Below, piece by piece: positions 1-13,608 of a stretch of 64,000 bases of DNA. The first letter of the stretch is position 1; the number at the start of each line of letters is the position of its first letter. Origin of the DNA: Eledone cirrhosa (taxonomy: Eukaryota); the NCBI GenBank assembly GCA_964016885.1, contig OZ024755.1, positions 34,968,001 through 35,032,000 on the forward strand. Direction: 5' to 3'. The translations under genes were made by a program, and so were the position numbers. The notes below the pieces were generated by a model that made no database searches, was not told the origin of the DNA, and saw nothing but the letters and a program-made list of their open reading frames with translations.

Positions 1-1818
1 TGTGTGGAAGAGGAGAGTCCGCTAGAGTCTTTGAAGGCAAAAGTCAATGCTACAAATTTTTCTGGGTGGGAAATGACAACGGGATGGGAGGGGTAGGTAT
101 ACTATTAGCTGACAAATGGGTAGATAAGGTAATCTCAGAGAACAAGGTGAATGCAAGAATCATTAAACTCAGACTAGTCCTGAATAAAACAATTACCAAT
201 CGGGGTTGCCAGATGAACTTAAGGATAGATTTTATGAGTCCCTAATGCACACTTCTGCCCTAACAAACGACAATGACTTCCTAATCATTGCAGGAGATTT
301 CAACGGACACGTTGGTAAATACTGTGGCGGCTTCTATAGAGTCCATGGAGGCCATGGGTTTGGCACAAGAAATGAAGAAGGCTTCAGGCTTCTGGAATTC
401 TGCGACAACAATGACATGTTGATATGTAACACAAACTTCAAAAAACCTGACAACCATCTGATCACCTATAGATCAGGGGAGCATTCTAGTCAGATAGAAC
501 TTATCCTCATCAGAGGGCGTGATAGATGGACGGTTGTAAACACAAACGCCTTCCCTGGTGAGGAATGTACCTCCCAACATAACTTAGTTGTCAGCGACCT
601 CGCTGTCAGAACTAGACGAACTTGGAAACAGAAGGCAACCCGGAGAAGAAACATCTGGAAGCTGAAAGACCCCTCAGTCAGTAACAGGTTTAAAGCTATT
701 CTACTCGATGCCTATGACTGTAAAGAAGAACAGATAGAGACATTCAATGTAGAAGATCACTGGGAGTTCCTAATAAATAATTTACTAAAGGCGACGGACG
801 AGATCTGTGGCTGGAGTAAGACCACAAGCAGGGGAAGAGTGACTTGGTGGTGGAATAATAAGGTAGATGAGGCAGTTAAGACTAAGAGAAAGGCATGGAA
901 AGAATGGAAGAACAGGGGTAGCAGGGTACATTAGACAGAGACCAGGAAGGAAGCTTTGTGACAAGTATATTTAGCTAGGAGGGAAGCAGAGGATAGAAAA
1001 TTCAAGCATGTTTTGCAACGTGAGGACTAGAAACAGGTGTTCAAGATTGTGAGGCAGTGTGTCAGAGAGAAATACGTCATTGGAGAGAAGTGTATCCGGA
1101 ATGATAATGGTGAGCTTGCCCTCATAAGTGCCGAGAAGAAAGCTGCGTGGACGAGCCATTATGAAATATTACTAAATGAGGAGAATGCATGGGAAAAAGA
1201 GACCCTACCCCAAGTGGACCCTATAGAGGGGCCAGCAGTACAAGTCAGCAGCAGCGTAGTAAGTAAGGCAATCAAAGATATGAAGACAGAGAAGGCAACC
1301 GGTCCATCGGGTATAGCTATCGAGATGTTGAAGGCATCTGGGTCGGTAGGTCACACCATAACCACACGTATTGTTAACCAGGTAATACTAGAGGGTATCA
1401 TACCAAAGGATTGGTGCAGCAGCATCATTGTCAACTGCTACAAAGGTAAAGGTGATGCACTAGATAGAGGAAACTATAGAGGTATATAGTTGATGGACCA
1501 GATCATGAAAGTAACGGAAAGAGTTATAGCACAGTTGATTAGGGACCGGGTAAAACTAGATGGGATGCAGTTTGGGTTTGTACCAGGAAGAGGCACCACT
1601 GATGCCTTCTTCCTTGTGAGGCAGTTACAGGAAAAATACCTAGCTAAAAGTAAGCCGCTCTACTTGGCATTAGTCGATCTGGAAAAAGCCTTCGACAGAG
1701 TTCCCCGTGCTATAATCTGGTGGGCTCTTAGAAAATGAGGAGTAGATGAATGGCTTGTGAAAGCTGTACAAGCCATGTATAGAGGAGCAGTCAGCAAAGT
1801 TAGAGTTAGCAATGAATA
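1..1818 (+). mobile_element. Decayed RTE-clade LINE ORF fragment: APE endonuclease plus N-terminal half of the RT, truncated at about 1818
   Basis: ORFs 206-934 (IIAGDFNGHVG, GFGTRNEEG.RLLEFC, TY.SG...SQI, SQHNLVV), 1037-1489 (KATGPSGI..EML, GNYRGI) and 1490-1738 (QFGFVPGRGTTDA, VDLEKAFDRVPR). The frame is broken by stops and frameshifts. Confidence 0.93.
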
Positions 1819-2313
1819 TTACTTTTCTTATTACCCACTCTAAGTGCATGACCCTATGGAAACTGAGTGCATATTCAACTTGTCTTATGACTTGCATCAC
1901 TCTTTTTACATTCAGATTTCCATCCATTATCATCTGCTTTGTATTTTTAAAAATTCTTGAAATAACATCAAATTCTTTAATTGAAAATTCTCTTGTTTGC
2001 ATCTCAGTTTTATCTGTTCTGTCCTGGCCTTTATCCTCATGATATGCACATAGCTACACTAAATTTAAAAAGGTCATTTAGGTACACATCAAGCTAGTCA
2101 AGTATTTCTTTGACATTACTATACCGCCATCTATTCTATATATTCCTAAGTGTAAAACAAGTTGAGTGATTTTTACTACAGCTGCTATAACTCTAGCCAA
2201 AATCCACCAAAATTATTTGCGCGGTGAAGAATTATATTTTTCGAAACAGCTCACATACTGCTGATTGCTTAATGCCATGCATCATTGATATTTTCCAATG
2301 AATTCTTTATGTT

Positions 2314-2369
2314 AAACCCATGCTAGCGTGGAAGATAGATGTAAGATGATGATGATGATGATGATGATG
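2314..2369 (+). mobile_element. Minimal RTE 3' tail insertion ending in (GAT)n
   Basis: aacccatgctagcgtggaaga...(gat)n matches the terminus of the RTE at 10882-10928. Confidence 0.8.
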
Positions 2370-2530
2370 TTAAAATCCTTCAAAGATTTGTAAGATTAGC
2401 TGATATTTTTTCGACAGATGGGTCAACTGTTCTGTATAAGTAGCAAGCCATGAAGGTTGCAATCACTTCTTAGATGCAATAGTCATGTTGTATTCAGTGG
2501 TGACATTACAACCTCCACATTTTATTATAA

Positions 2531-3586
2531 ATCACCACATGTAGTTGAAAGATCTGGACCAAATCATTGTCACATGTAGTGCAAAAATCTGGACCAAATC
2601 ATCACCACATGTAGTGGAAAGATCTGGACCAAATCATCACCACATGTAGTGGAAAGATCTGGACCAAATCATCACCACATGTAGTGGAAAGATCTGGACC
2701 AAATCATCACCACATGTAGTGGAAAGATCTGGACCAAATCATCACCACATGTGGTGGAAAGATCTGGACCAAATCATCACCACATGTAGTTGAAAGATCT
2801 GGACCAAATCACTGTCACATATAGTGGAAAGATCTGGACCAAATCGCTGTCACTTGTAGTTGAAAGATCTGGACTAAATCATAACCACATGTAGTTGAAA
2901 GATCTGGACCAAATCATAACCACATGTAGTTGAAAGATCTGGACCAAATCATTGTCACATGTAGTGCAAAGATCTGGACCAAATCATTGTCACATGTAGT
3001 GGAAAGATCTGGACGACCAAATCATCACCATATGTAGTGGAAAGATCTGGACCAAATCATCACCACATGTAGTGGAAAGATCTGGACCAAATCATCACCA
3101 CATGTAGTTGAAAGATCTGGACCAAATCACTGTCACATATAGTGGAAAGATCTGGACCAAATCATTGTCACATGTAGTGGAAAGATCTGGACCAAATCAT
3201 TGTCACATGTAGTGCAAAGATCTGGACCAAATCATTGTCACATGAAGTGGAAAGATCTGGACCAAATCATCACCACATGTAGTGGAAAGATCTGGACCAA
3301 ATCATCACATGTAGTGGAAAGATCTGGACCAAATCACTGTCACATATAGTGGAAAGATCTGGACCAAATCACTGTCACATATAGTGGAAAGATCTGGACC
3401 AAATCACTGTCACATGTAGTGGAAAGATCTGGACCAAATCATCCTCACATGTAGTGGAAAGATCTGGAGCAAATCATCGTCACATGTAGTGGAAAGATCT
3501 GGAGCAAATCATCGTCACATGTAGTGGAAAGATCTGGACCAAATCATCGTCACATGTAGTGGAAAGATCTGGACCAAATCATCACC
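2531..3586. repeat. 35-bp tandem minisatellite, about 30 copies
   Basis: Unit caccacatgtagtggaaagatctggaccaaatcat; 2601-2670 is exactly two units. Confidence 0.96.
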
Positions 3587-3600
3587 ATCATACTCATCAT

Positions 3601-4242
3601 CATTTTTTCATGCTCAGAGTTGCTGAAACATGGAACAAACTACCTGCATCAGTTGTTAGCTGTCGAGACACTGCATCCTTTAAAACCTCCATGGAACAAA
3701 CTACCTGCATCAGTTGTTAGCTGTCGAGACACTGCATCCTTTAAAACTTCCATGGAACAAACTACCTGCATCAGTTGTTAGCTGTCAAGACACTACATCC
3801 TTTAAAACCTCCATGGAACAAACTCCCTGCATCAGTTGTTAGCTGTTGAGACACTGCATCCTTTAAAACCTCCATGGAACAAACTACCTGCATCAGTTGT
3901 TAGCTGTCAAGACACTACATCCTTTAAAACCTCCATGGGACAAACTACCTGCATCAGTTGTTAGCTGTCAAGACACTACATCCTTTAAAACCTCCATGGG
4001 ACAAACTACCTGCATCAGTTGTTAGCTGTTGAGACACTGCATCCTTTAAAACCTCCATGCTTCCTGAAATTCGCCAACACTACACCTGATATTCCCCCTC
4101 CATACACACACACACATGTATATCATGACTCATACACTGTTCATTTTCCTGACATTTGTACATTATTCTATGTACTATACATGCACCTTTGATGAGTTGT
4201 AGTGCACCTGAGCACTGTACACAATAATTTCATTATTATTAT
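3601..4242 (+). mobile_element. CR1/L2-type LINE 3' end containing a 61-bp tandem amplification (3629-4059, about 7 copies)
   Basis: 3601 onward translates HFFMLRVAETWNKLPASVVSCRDTASFKTS, the FF..RV...WN.LP..VV.....FK C-terminal motif. The last copy continues MLPEIRQHYT*, then a UTR and an (ATT)n tail at about 4232-4242. Confidence 0.8.
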
Positions 4243-4244
4243 AT

Positions 4245-4530
4245 AATCATGATTACCTCATCATACTCATCATCATGAGCATCATCATCATCATACTCAT
4301 CCTTCTATTGCTGTTAATGATGCTGTCGATGATACTGATGATGTTGATACTGCTGCTGTTGTTGTTGGTACTGCTGTTGTTGTTGGTACTGATGCTGTTG
4401 ATGATACTGATGCTGCTCTGCTGATGATGATACTGATGATGATGATACTGATGCTGTTGATACTGATGCTGCTGTTGATACTGATGCTGCTGATACTACT
4501 ACTACTACTACTGCTGCTGCTGCTACTGAT
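4245..4530. repeat. Compound (CAT)/(GAT)/(CTG)/(CTA) trinucleotide low-complexity tract
   Basis: Read directly from the sequence. Confidence 0.9.
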
Positions 4531-4552
4531 TCTAATACAGAAGGTAATAGCC

Positions 4553-4672
4553 ATAATTGTTTCTACTTTAGGCACAAGGCCAGCAATTACCCCAGTGTAT
4601 TACTGGTACTTTATTTTATCAACTCCCGTAAGGATGAAAGGCAAAGTTAACCTCGGCGGGATTAAGGGCCAT
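4553..4672 (-). mobile_element. tRNA-derived SINE family A, 3' part
   Basis: Reverse complement of ...gaggttaactttgcctttcatccttacgg...aagtaccagt...ccttgtgcctaaagtagaaacaattat, as in the fuller copies at 32750-32939 and 48703-48892. Confidence 0.85.
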
Positions 4673-4744
4673 ATTGATGCTGCTGTTGATGCTGCTGCTG
4701 CTGATACTACTGTTGATGCTGCTGCTGCTGATACTACTGCTGCT

Positions 4745-7700
4745 GCTAATACAGAAGGTAATAGCCATAATGATGACTGCTGCTGCTACTACTACTGCTG
4801 CTAATACAGAAGGTAATAGCCATAATGATGACTGCTGCTGCTACTACTACTGCTGCTAATACAGAAGGTAATAGCCATAATGATGACTGCTGCTGATACT
4901 ACTGCTGCTGCTAATACAGAAGGTAATAGCCATAATGATGACTGCTGCTGCTACTACTGCTGCTAATACAGAAGGTAATAGCCATAATGATGACTGCTGC
5001 TGATACTACTGCTGCTAATACAGAAGGTAATAGCCATAATGATGACTGCTGCTGATGCTACTGCTGCTAATACAGAAGGTAATAGCCATAATGATGACTG
5101 CTGCTGCTACTACTGCTGCTAATACAGAAGGTAATAGCCATAATGATGACTGCTGCTGATACTACTGCTGCTAATACAGAAGGTAATAGCCATAATGATG
5201 ACTGCTGCTGATACTACTGCTGCTGATACTACTGCTGCTAATACAGAAGGTAATAGCCATAATGATGACTGCTGCTGATACTGCTGCTGCTGATACTACT
5301 GCTGCTAATACAGAAGGTAATAGCCATAATGATGACTGCTGCTGATACTGCTGCTGCTGATACTACTGCTGCTAATACAGAAGGTAATAGCCATAATGAT
5401 GACTGCTGCTGATGCTACTGCTGCTACTAATACAGAAGGTAATAGGCATAATGATGACTGCTGCTGCTGATACTACTACTGCTGCTAATACAGAAGGTAA
5501 TAGCCATAATGATGACTGCTGCTGATGCTACTGCTGCTAATACAGAAGGTAATAGCCATAATGATGACTGCTGCTGATACTACTGCTGCTAATACAGAAG
5601 GTAATAGCCATAATGATGACTGCTGCTGATACTACTGCTGCTAATACAGAAGGTAATAGCCATAATGATGACTGCTGCTGATGCTACTGCTGCTAATACA
5701 GAAGGTAATAGCCATAATGATGACTGCTGCTGCTACTACTGCTGCTGCTAATACAGAAGGTAATAGCCATAATGATGACTGCTGCTGATACTACTACTGC
5801 TGCTAATACAGAAGGTAATAGCCATAATGATGACTGCTGCTACTACTACTGCTGCTAATACAGAAGGTAATAGCCATAATGATGACTGCTGCTGATACTA
5901 CTGCTGCTAATACAGAAGGTAATAGCCATAATGATGACTGCTGCTGCTACTACTGCTGCTGCTAATACAGAAGGTAATAGCCATAATGATGACTGCTGCT
6001 GCTACTACTGCTGCTGCTAATACAGAAGGTAATAGCCATAATGATGACTGCTGCTGATACTACTGCTGCTAATACAGAAGGTAATAGCCATAATGATGAC
6101 TGCTGCTGCTAATACAGAAGGTAATAGCCATAATGATGACTGCTGCTGATACTACTGCTGCTAATACAGAAGGTAATAGCCATAATGATGACTGCTGCTG
6201 CTACTACTGCTGCTGCTAATACAGAAGGTAATAGCCATAATGATGACTGCTGCTGATACTACTACTGCTGCTAATACAGAAGGTAATAGCCATAATGATG
6301 ACTGCTGCTGCTACTACTACTGCTGCTAATACAGAAGGTAATAGCCATAATGATGACTGCTGCTGATACTACTGCTGCTAATACAGAAGGTAATAGCCAT
6401 AATGATGACTGCTGCTGCTACTACTGCTAATACAGAAGGTAATAGCCATAATGATGACTGCTGCTGCTACTACTGCTGCTGCTAATACAGAAGGTAATAG
6501 CCATAATGATGACTGCTGCTGATACTACTGCTGCTGCTAATACAGAAGGTAATAGCCATAATGATGACTGCTGCTGATATTACTGCTGCTGCTAATACAG
6601 AAGGTAATAGCCATAATGATGACTGCTGCTGCTGATACTACTACTGCTGCTAATACAGAAGGTAATAACCATAATGATGACTGCTGCTGCTACTGCTGCT
6701 GCTGCTAATACAGAAGGTAATAGCCATAATGATGACTGCTGCTGCTGATACTACTACTACTGCTGCTAATACAGAAGGTAATAGCCATAATGATGACTGC
6801 TGCTGCTACTGCTGCTGCTGCTAATACAGAAGGTAATAGCCATAATGATGACTGCTGCTGCTGATACTACTGCTGCTAATACAGAAGGTAATAGCCATAA
6901 TGATGACTGCTGCTGCTGCTGCTAATACAGAAGGTAATAGCCATAATGATGACTGCTGCTGCTACTGCTGCTGCTGCTAATACAGAAGGTAATAGCCATA
7001 ATGATGACTGCTGCTGCTGATACTACTGCTGCTAATACAGAAGGTAATAGCCATAATGATGACTGCTGCTGCTACTGCTGCTGCTGCTAATACAGAAGGT
7101 AATAGCCATAATGATGACTGCTGCTGATACTGCTGCTGCTGCTAATACAGAAGGTAATAGCCATAATGATGACTGCTGCTGCTACTGCTGCTGCTGCTAA
7201 TACAGAAGGTAATAGCCATAATGATGACTGCTGCTGATACTGCTGCTGCTGCTAATACAGAAGGTAATAGCCATAATGATGACTGCTGCTGATACTACTA
7301 CTGCTGCTAATACAGAAGGTAATAGCCATAATGATGACTGCTGCTGCTACTGCTGCTGCTGCTAATACAGAAGGTAATAGCCATAATGATGACTGCTGCT
7401 GATACTGCTGCTGCTGCTAATACAGAAGGTAATAGCCATAATGATGACTGCTGCTGATACTACTGCTGCTGCTAATACAGAAGGTAATAGCCATAATGAT
7501 GACTGCTGCTGCTACTGCTGCTGCTGCTAATACAGAAGGTAATAGCCATAATGATGACTGCTGCTGATACTGCTGCTGCTGCTAATACAGAAGGTAATAG
7601 CCATAATGATGACTGCTGCTGATACTACTGCTGCTGCTAATACAGAAGGTAATAGCCATAATGATGACTGCTGCTGCTACTGCTGCTGCTACTAATACAG

Positions 7701-9528
7701 AAGGTAATAGCCATAATGATGACTGCTGCTGATACTACTGCTGCTGCTAATACAGAAGGTAATAGCCATAATGATGACTGCTGCTGATACTACTGCTGCT
7801 AATACAGAAGGTAATAGCCATAATGATGACTGCTGCTGCTGATACTACTGCTGCTGCTAATACAGAAGGTAATAGCCATAATGATGACTGCTGCTGCTAC
7901 TGCTGCTGCTGCTGCTAATACAGAAGGTAATAGCCATAATGATGACTGCTGCTGCTACTACTGCTGCTAATACAGAAGGTAATAGCCATAATGATGACTG
8001 CTGCTGCTGATACTACTGCTGCTAATACAGAAGGTAATAGCCATAATGATGACTGCTGCTGCTACTACTGCTGCTAATACAGAAGGTAATAGCCATAATG
8101 ATGACTGCTGCTGATGCTACTGCTGCTACTACAGAAGGTAATAGCCATAATGATGGCTGCTGCTGCTGCTACTACTACTGCTGCTAATACAGAAGGTAAT
8201 AGCCATAATGATGACTGCTGCTGCTACTACTACTGCTGCTAATACAGAAGGTAATAGCCATAATGATGACTGCTGCTGATGCTACTGCTGCTACTACAGA
8301 AGGTAATAGCCATAATGATGACTGCTGCTGCTGATACTACTGCTGCTAATACAGAAGGTAATAGCCATAATGTTGACTGCTGCTGATACTACTGCTGCTG
8401 CTAATACAGAAGGTAATAGCCATAATGATGACTGCTGCTGCTGATACTACTGCTGCTAATACAGAAGGTAATAGCCATAATGATGACTGCTGCTGCTGAT
8501 ACTACTGCTGCTAATACAGAAGGTAATAGCCATAATGATGACTGCTGCTGCTACTACTGCTGCTAATACAGAAGGTAATAGCCATAATGATGACTGCTGC
8601 TGATGCTACTGCTGCTACTACAGAAGGTAATAGCCATAATGATGGCTGCTGCTGCTGCTACTACTACTGCTGCTAATACAGAAGGTAATAGCCATAATGA
8701 TGACTGCTGCTGCTACTACTACTGCTGCTAATACAGAAGGTAATAGCCATAATGATGACTGCTGCTGATACTACTGCTGCTAATACAGAAGGTAATAGCC
8801 ATAATGATGACTGCTGCTGCTACTGCTGCTAATACAGAAGGTAATAGCCATAATGATGACTGCTGATACTACTGCTGCTAATACAGAAGGTAATAGCCAT
8901 AATGATGACTGCTGCTGATACTACTGCTGCTGCTAATACAGAAGGTAATAGCCATAATGATGACTGCTGCTGATACTACTGCTGCTGCTAATACAGAAGG
9001 TAATAGCCATAATGATGACTGCTGCTAATACAGAAGGTAATAGCCATAATGATGACTGCTGCTAATACAGAAGGTAATAGCCATAATGATGACTGCTGCT
9101 AATACAGAAGGTAATAGCCATAATGATGACTGCTGCTGCTACTGCTGCTAATACAGAAGGTAATAGCCATAATGATGACTGCTGCTGATACTACTGCTGC
9201 TGCTAATACAGAAGGTAATAGCCATAATGATGACTGCTGCTAATACAGAAGGTAATAGCCATAATGATGACTGCTGCTAATACAGAAGGTAATAGCCATA
9301 ATGATGACTGCTGCTGCTACTGCTGCTAATACAGAAGGTAATAGCCATAATGATGACTGCTGCTGATACTACTGCTGCTGCTAATACAGAAGGTAATAGC
9401 CATAATGATGACTGCTGCTAATACAGAAGGTAATAGCCATAATGATGACTGCTGCTAATACAGAAGGTAATAGCCATAATGATGACTGCTGCTAATACAG
9501 AAGGTAATAGCCATAATGATGACTGCTG
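4745..9528. repeat. About 4.8-kb satellite: near-invariant core ctaatacagaaggtaatagccataatgatgactg plus a variable (CTG/CTA/GAT)n linker, roughly 90 units of about 37-67 bp
   Basis: The core recurs throughout, and linker length varies in multiples of 3. Confidence 0.97.
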
Positions 9529-9721
9529 TATCCAATGCCTTAAGCAGGAACCAATGACATAAAAACATTGTGTAATATTTTCCCAGCAGAAATGAAAGAC
9601 ATAACTGACCAAAACAACTTACATAAAATATAAAATCAGCGTATGTAGTTTAAAGTTTTCATTTTGGAATTCTCTATAGCCTGTGGCTATTGTTTGATAA
9701 AGGAAGAGAGAGGGAAGAAAG

Positions 9722-10106
<385 letters not shown>

Positions 10107-10928
10107 CAATAACTAGGGTAAGAACGGGATGGAAGAAGTTTAGGGAACTACTACCACTGCTAGCTGCAAAAGGCTTCTCCCTCAGAATGAAAGGCAGACT
10201 GTATGATGCGTGTATCCGAACAGCGATGTTGCATGGTAGTGAGACCTGGGCGCTGAAGGTGGAAGACTTACGTAGATTAGAGAGAAACGAAGCTTGCATG
10301 CTCCGATGGATGTGTAACAGTAATATACGTGAACGACAAAGCATAAATGAATTGAGAGAGAGACTGAGCATAAGAGGAATCAAATGCTGCGTGCAGGAGA
10401 GGCGGTTACGCTGGTATGGACATGTGATGCGTATGAAGGATGACAGCTGCATAAAAAGGTGCAGAGCACTAGAAGTTGATGGAAACCGCGGAGTGGGGAG
10501 ACCCAAGATGACTTGGGATGAGGTGATAAAAGCCGACCTTACCCAACTACACCTCTCAAAGTCAATGACACACGACCGTGACTTCTGGCGTCACGCAGTA
10601 ATACAGGGTACCCGACCTCCCATGGGTACATGCTGAAGCATATAAACAATATGCCCCCCCCCCCCCACCGCAAGGTGGTCGTGGAGGTGCCACGGCAAAA
10701 AAGCACCCAGCCCACACTGTAAAGTGGACGTGTAGGCGCCACGAAAAAGCACCCAGCACTCACTGTAAATGAGGTTGGTGTTAGGAAGGGCATCCAGCTG
10801 TAGAAATCAAGCCAGATCAGTTCCTGTATGAGCAAGGCATGGTCAGCCGACCAGACACTGCCCACAACAGGACAACCCGTCTAACCCATGCTAGCGTGGA
10901 AGAACGGACGTAAAACGGTGATGATGAT
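10107..10928 (+). mobile_element. RTE LINE 3' end: ORF C-terminus to the stop at 10636, 3'UTR with about 2.5 internal 48-bp repeats, and a (GAT)n tail
   Basis: [17 protein letters not shown]...[19 protein letters not shown]...[12 protein letters not shown]...[18 protein letters not shown]...DRDFWR. Confidence 0.93.
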
Positions 10929-10953
10929 ATATATATATGTATATATATATATT

Positions 10954-11009
<56 letters not shown>

Positions 11010-11163
11010 GATAATTTGTATTCCAATGTTACTAAGTAGTTGCATTGGATGGAGTCAACTGACGTCAGAGATTGCTCAACGTATAATAAAGTGTGTTTTA
11101 AAATCCGGAGAAAATATGGAGAAAAAATTTACGAAATGGAAATGCGGGTATACAGAATTTATT

Positions 11164-11280
11164 AGGTAACAATTGTTTCTATAGTGTATGAGTTACCTAT
11201 ACCTCGCTATTTGAATAATACACAAATATTATCAAAAACCGAAAGTACACTGTAAGCCAACACACCATGTCATCAGACCT
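11164..11280 (-). ncRNA. Type I hammerhead ribozyme in the PLE pLTR
   Basis: Minus strand: AGGU-CUGAUGA-c-AUGGUGUGU...(about 70 nt)...AUACACUAU-a-GAAAC-AAUU-GUU|ACCU. Stems I, II and III pair; the first stem II pair is mismatched. Confidence 0.75.
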
Positions 11281-11698
11281 TTGTATTAGAATGATATGAA
11301 AATATTTTATACACTAGATAAAAGATAAAGAAGGAGGTAGGAAGAGAAGGGGAAGAGGGAAGTGAGTAAGGTGGAGGGAGTCTTAGGGTTTAAGACTGTC
11401 AGACTAGTAGAGATTGTGAAGAGAGAATGTTTTGGCAGCAGTTAGCTTAATGAGGCGTGCTAAGGTTGGCTGGGAAGTAGATACTTCTAGTGGTGTTGTT
11501 GGGACAAAATTTAGTTAGAGGGGTCAAAGTGGTACAATGTCACAGACAAGTTATTAGGGCTATTATAGTAGCAGGTTATTTCTAAAGGGGTCCAGAAAAA
11601 CAGTGTTTAGTACTATTATTATAGAAAGTCATATCCAGTGTATAAACATATGACAGAAATTTGCAAACATTGGTGTAAAAAGGTAACATTATATGCAT

Positions 11699-13608
11699 TT
11701 AAAAAAAAGAAAAAGTCGTTTTCAAACGATTGTTACAGTATAGAGAACGTTCAATTTTGCTGTTCAAAAGTTTGTTTACCGACGTTAAAATGCAGTATAT
11801 CTCTAAATTGCATAACTTGCAGAATCGATGATTTTGCTGATATGCAGGCGCAGCTGCAATAATTTGCCAATCAAGGGAGAACGCTTGATTGTTCCTCCGA
11901 AGCTGCCAGGCTTTATCGGCGAGGGTTGTTACGGAGCGCATTTTCTCGTGCCTGATCGAAGATCGATGTTGGTATAGGCGAGCCTTGAAAGAAGTTGCGG
12001 TACATCCGACGTAATACCATTTGTTGGTCCCGGAATTTATTGTACACCGGTAGACAATATTGCATGCTAGGCACTGGTTATTCAGTGGGCACGTACCTGG
12101 TTTGGTGCAGTTACAACTATTTTTATGTTTTGCAGTAGAATCCTGGATAGTTTGGTGGGGATGCGGTTACGTGTTAGTGCGTTGCATGTTGCTATGCTGG
12201 TGCGCTGAGTCATTAGGGATGTACTTATTCAGTATTGCTGAGTTGAGTTTTCTAATTAGTTGTTCTATGTTAGGTGCAGTGGAGTATGAGAGTCTAATGG
12301 TGCGCGAGTTAAAGATTTTATAGTATTTATGTGAAGTTGTAAAGTGTTTATTGATTAGTGTATAGAATTGTGAGATAATCTTAGTGCTAATAGAAGAATT
12401 GTACACGGGGTTATACCATATGTACTCTCTACGTCTGACTCTATTTGCTGGTTTGCACCTGTTAGTATGCCTATTGATGTGTGTGTGTGGTGCAATACTA
12501 GTTCGACTTAGATGTGTTTTATTCATAATACTTATGTGGTTATCGTCTAGATATTCAATTTTCTCGCAGTAACCAGCTTTTCTAAGTGCGTCATTATAAT
12601 ATTCAGCATGCTCGTTGAAGGTCTGCAAATTAGACGACAGTCGGGAGATCCTTATGGATATATTTTTAGGGATAGATTTAATAATGGAATGAGGATGGTT
12701 CAATTTTACATTAACGTACTTAAGATTTTCATTAAGTTTGTGAAATGGCTCTATATTACCGTTATTAAGGTTGAAGGTAACATCCAAGAAGTTGACCACC
12801 TTAAGATTGTGTTCAAAGGTAATATTAAGCCCTAGTTCTAAGAAAAGTTTCCTAATGTTTTTACGTCGCCTTTCTAGGTTTTGTTTGTTCATATTCTTGA
12901 CTAATAGAAGTGTATCGTCGCGGTATATTCCGCCGTGGAGGTCCGTAAATTCGCTCTGGAGTCTATGGGCTATATAGATCCCAACCAAATCCGTGACCTC
13001 CGCCGAATCATTAGAACCCATCGTAATGTCGAATTCCGAGGGTCTATCCCTGCGGACCCAATAACTATTTTCAAAGTGCACTACTGTGCGTCTAGCTTCA
13101 AGTATAATATTAATTTCCTCCTTTGTGAGGTCCGAGTTAGCCTTAGCGAAAGAGAGGGCCTTATGCAGGGTTTCGGGTGAAATAGAGGAATAGTATTCAT
13201 CTATATCGAATTGAATAAAAGAAGATTTGTTTTTGTCCCTAATGTTATTGAACCATCTTATTGCCTGATGAGTATTACCCCATAATTTAATATCTACCTT
13301 AGCCTTAACTTGGGGGATAATACGATCTAATATGTACTTACTAATCCTACCTATATCGGACTTTGAAGGACATATTAATCTAATTTTAGGGTTAGTATCG
13401 AAGTTATCCTTATGGTCCTTCAGATTAAAAGTCGGTGTAGCTGGGGATAGGGGTACCGTTCTGTCGTCAATTTTCAGTTTCCTAACAATATCACATGCTG
13501 CGTTATTAATGTTGGTTAGTGTAGTTGCGTTTGTTTTTTTGTATTTCCTATGTAATTCCTTACGTATAAAATTGTTATATATTTCTACATCCAGGGTGTA
13601 TAGACTAA
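11699..13608 (-). pseudogene. PLE RT-Zn knuckle-GIY-YIG polyprotein, about 635 codons in one frame, interrupted only by TAA at 12167-12169
   Basis: Manual translation: LKDHKDNFDTNPKIRLICPSKSDIGRISK, FIQFDIDEYYSSI, FDITMGSNDSAEVTDLVG, GGIYRDD, VNFLDVTF, NHP, IWYNP. After the TAA, in the same frame: CNCTKPGTCPLNNQCL, NIVYRC...YYVGCT.TSFKARLYQH, CKLCNLE. Confidence 0.92.

Noticed and set aside
2531-3586. 35-bp repeat of CRISPR-like length
   Set aside because: The units are head-to-tail with no spacers.
4745-9528. CRISPR-like array (constant repeat plus variable spacers)
   Set aside because: The spacers are not unique sequences but length variants of CTG/CTA/GAT triplets; there are no cas genes and the context is eukaryotic.
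12167-12169. Selenocysteine or programmed readthrough in the Naiad-type ORF (some Naiads are reported to encode selenoproteins)
   Set aside because: The in-frame stop is TAA, not TGA, and lies in a variable linker; all Zn-knuckle cysteines are TGT/TGC. A point mutation is simpler.
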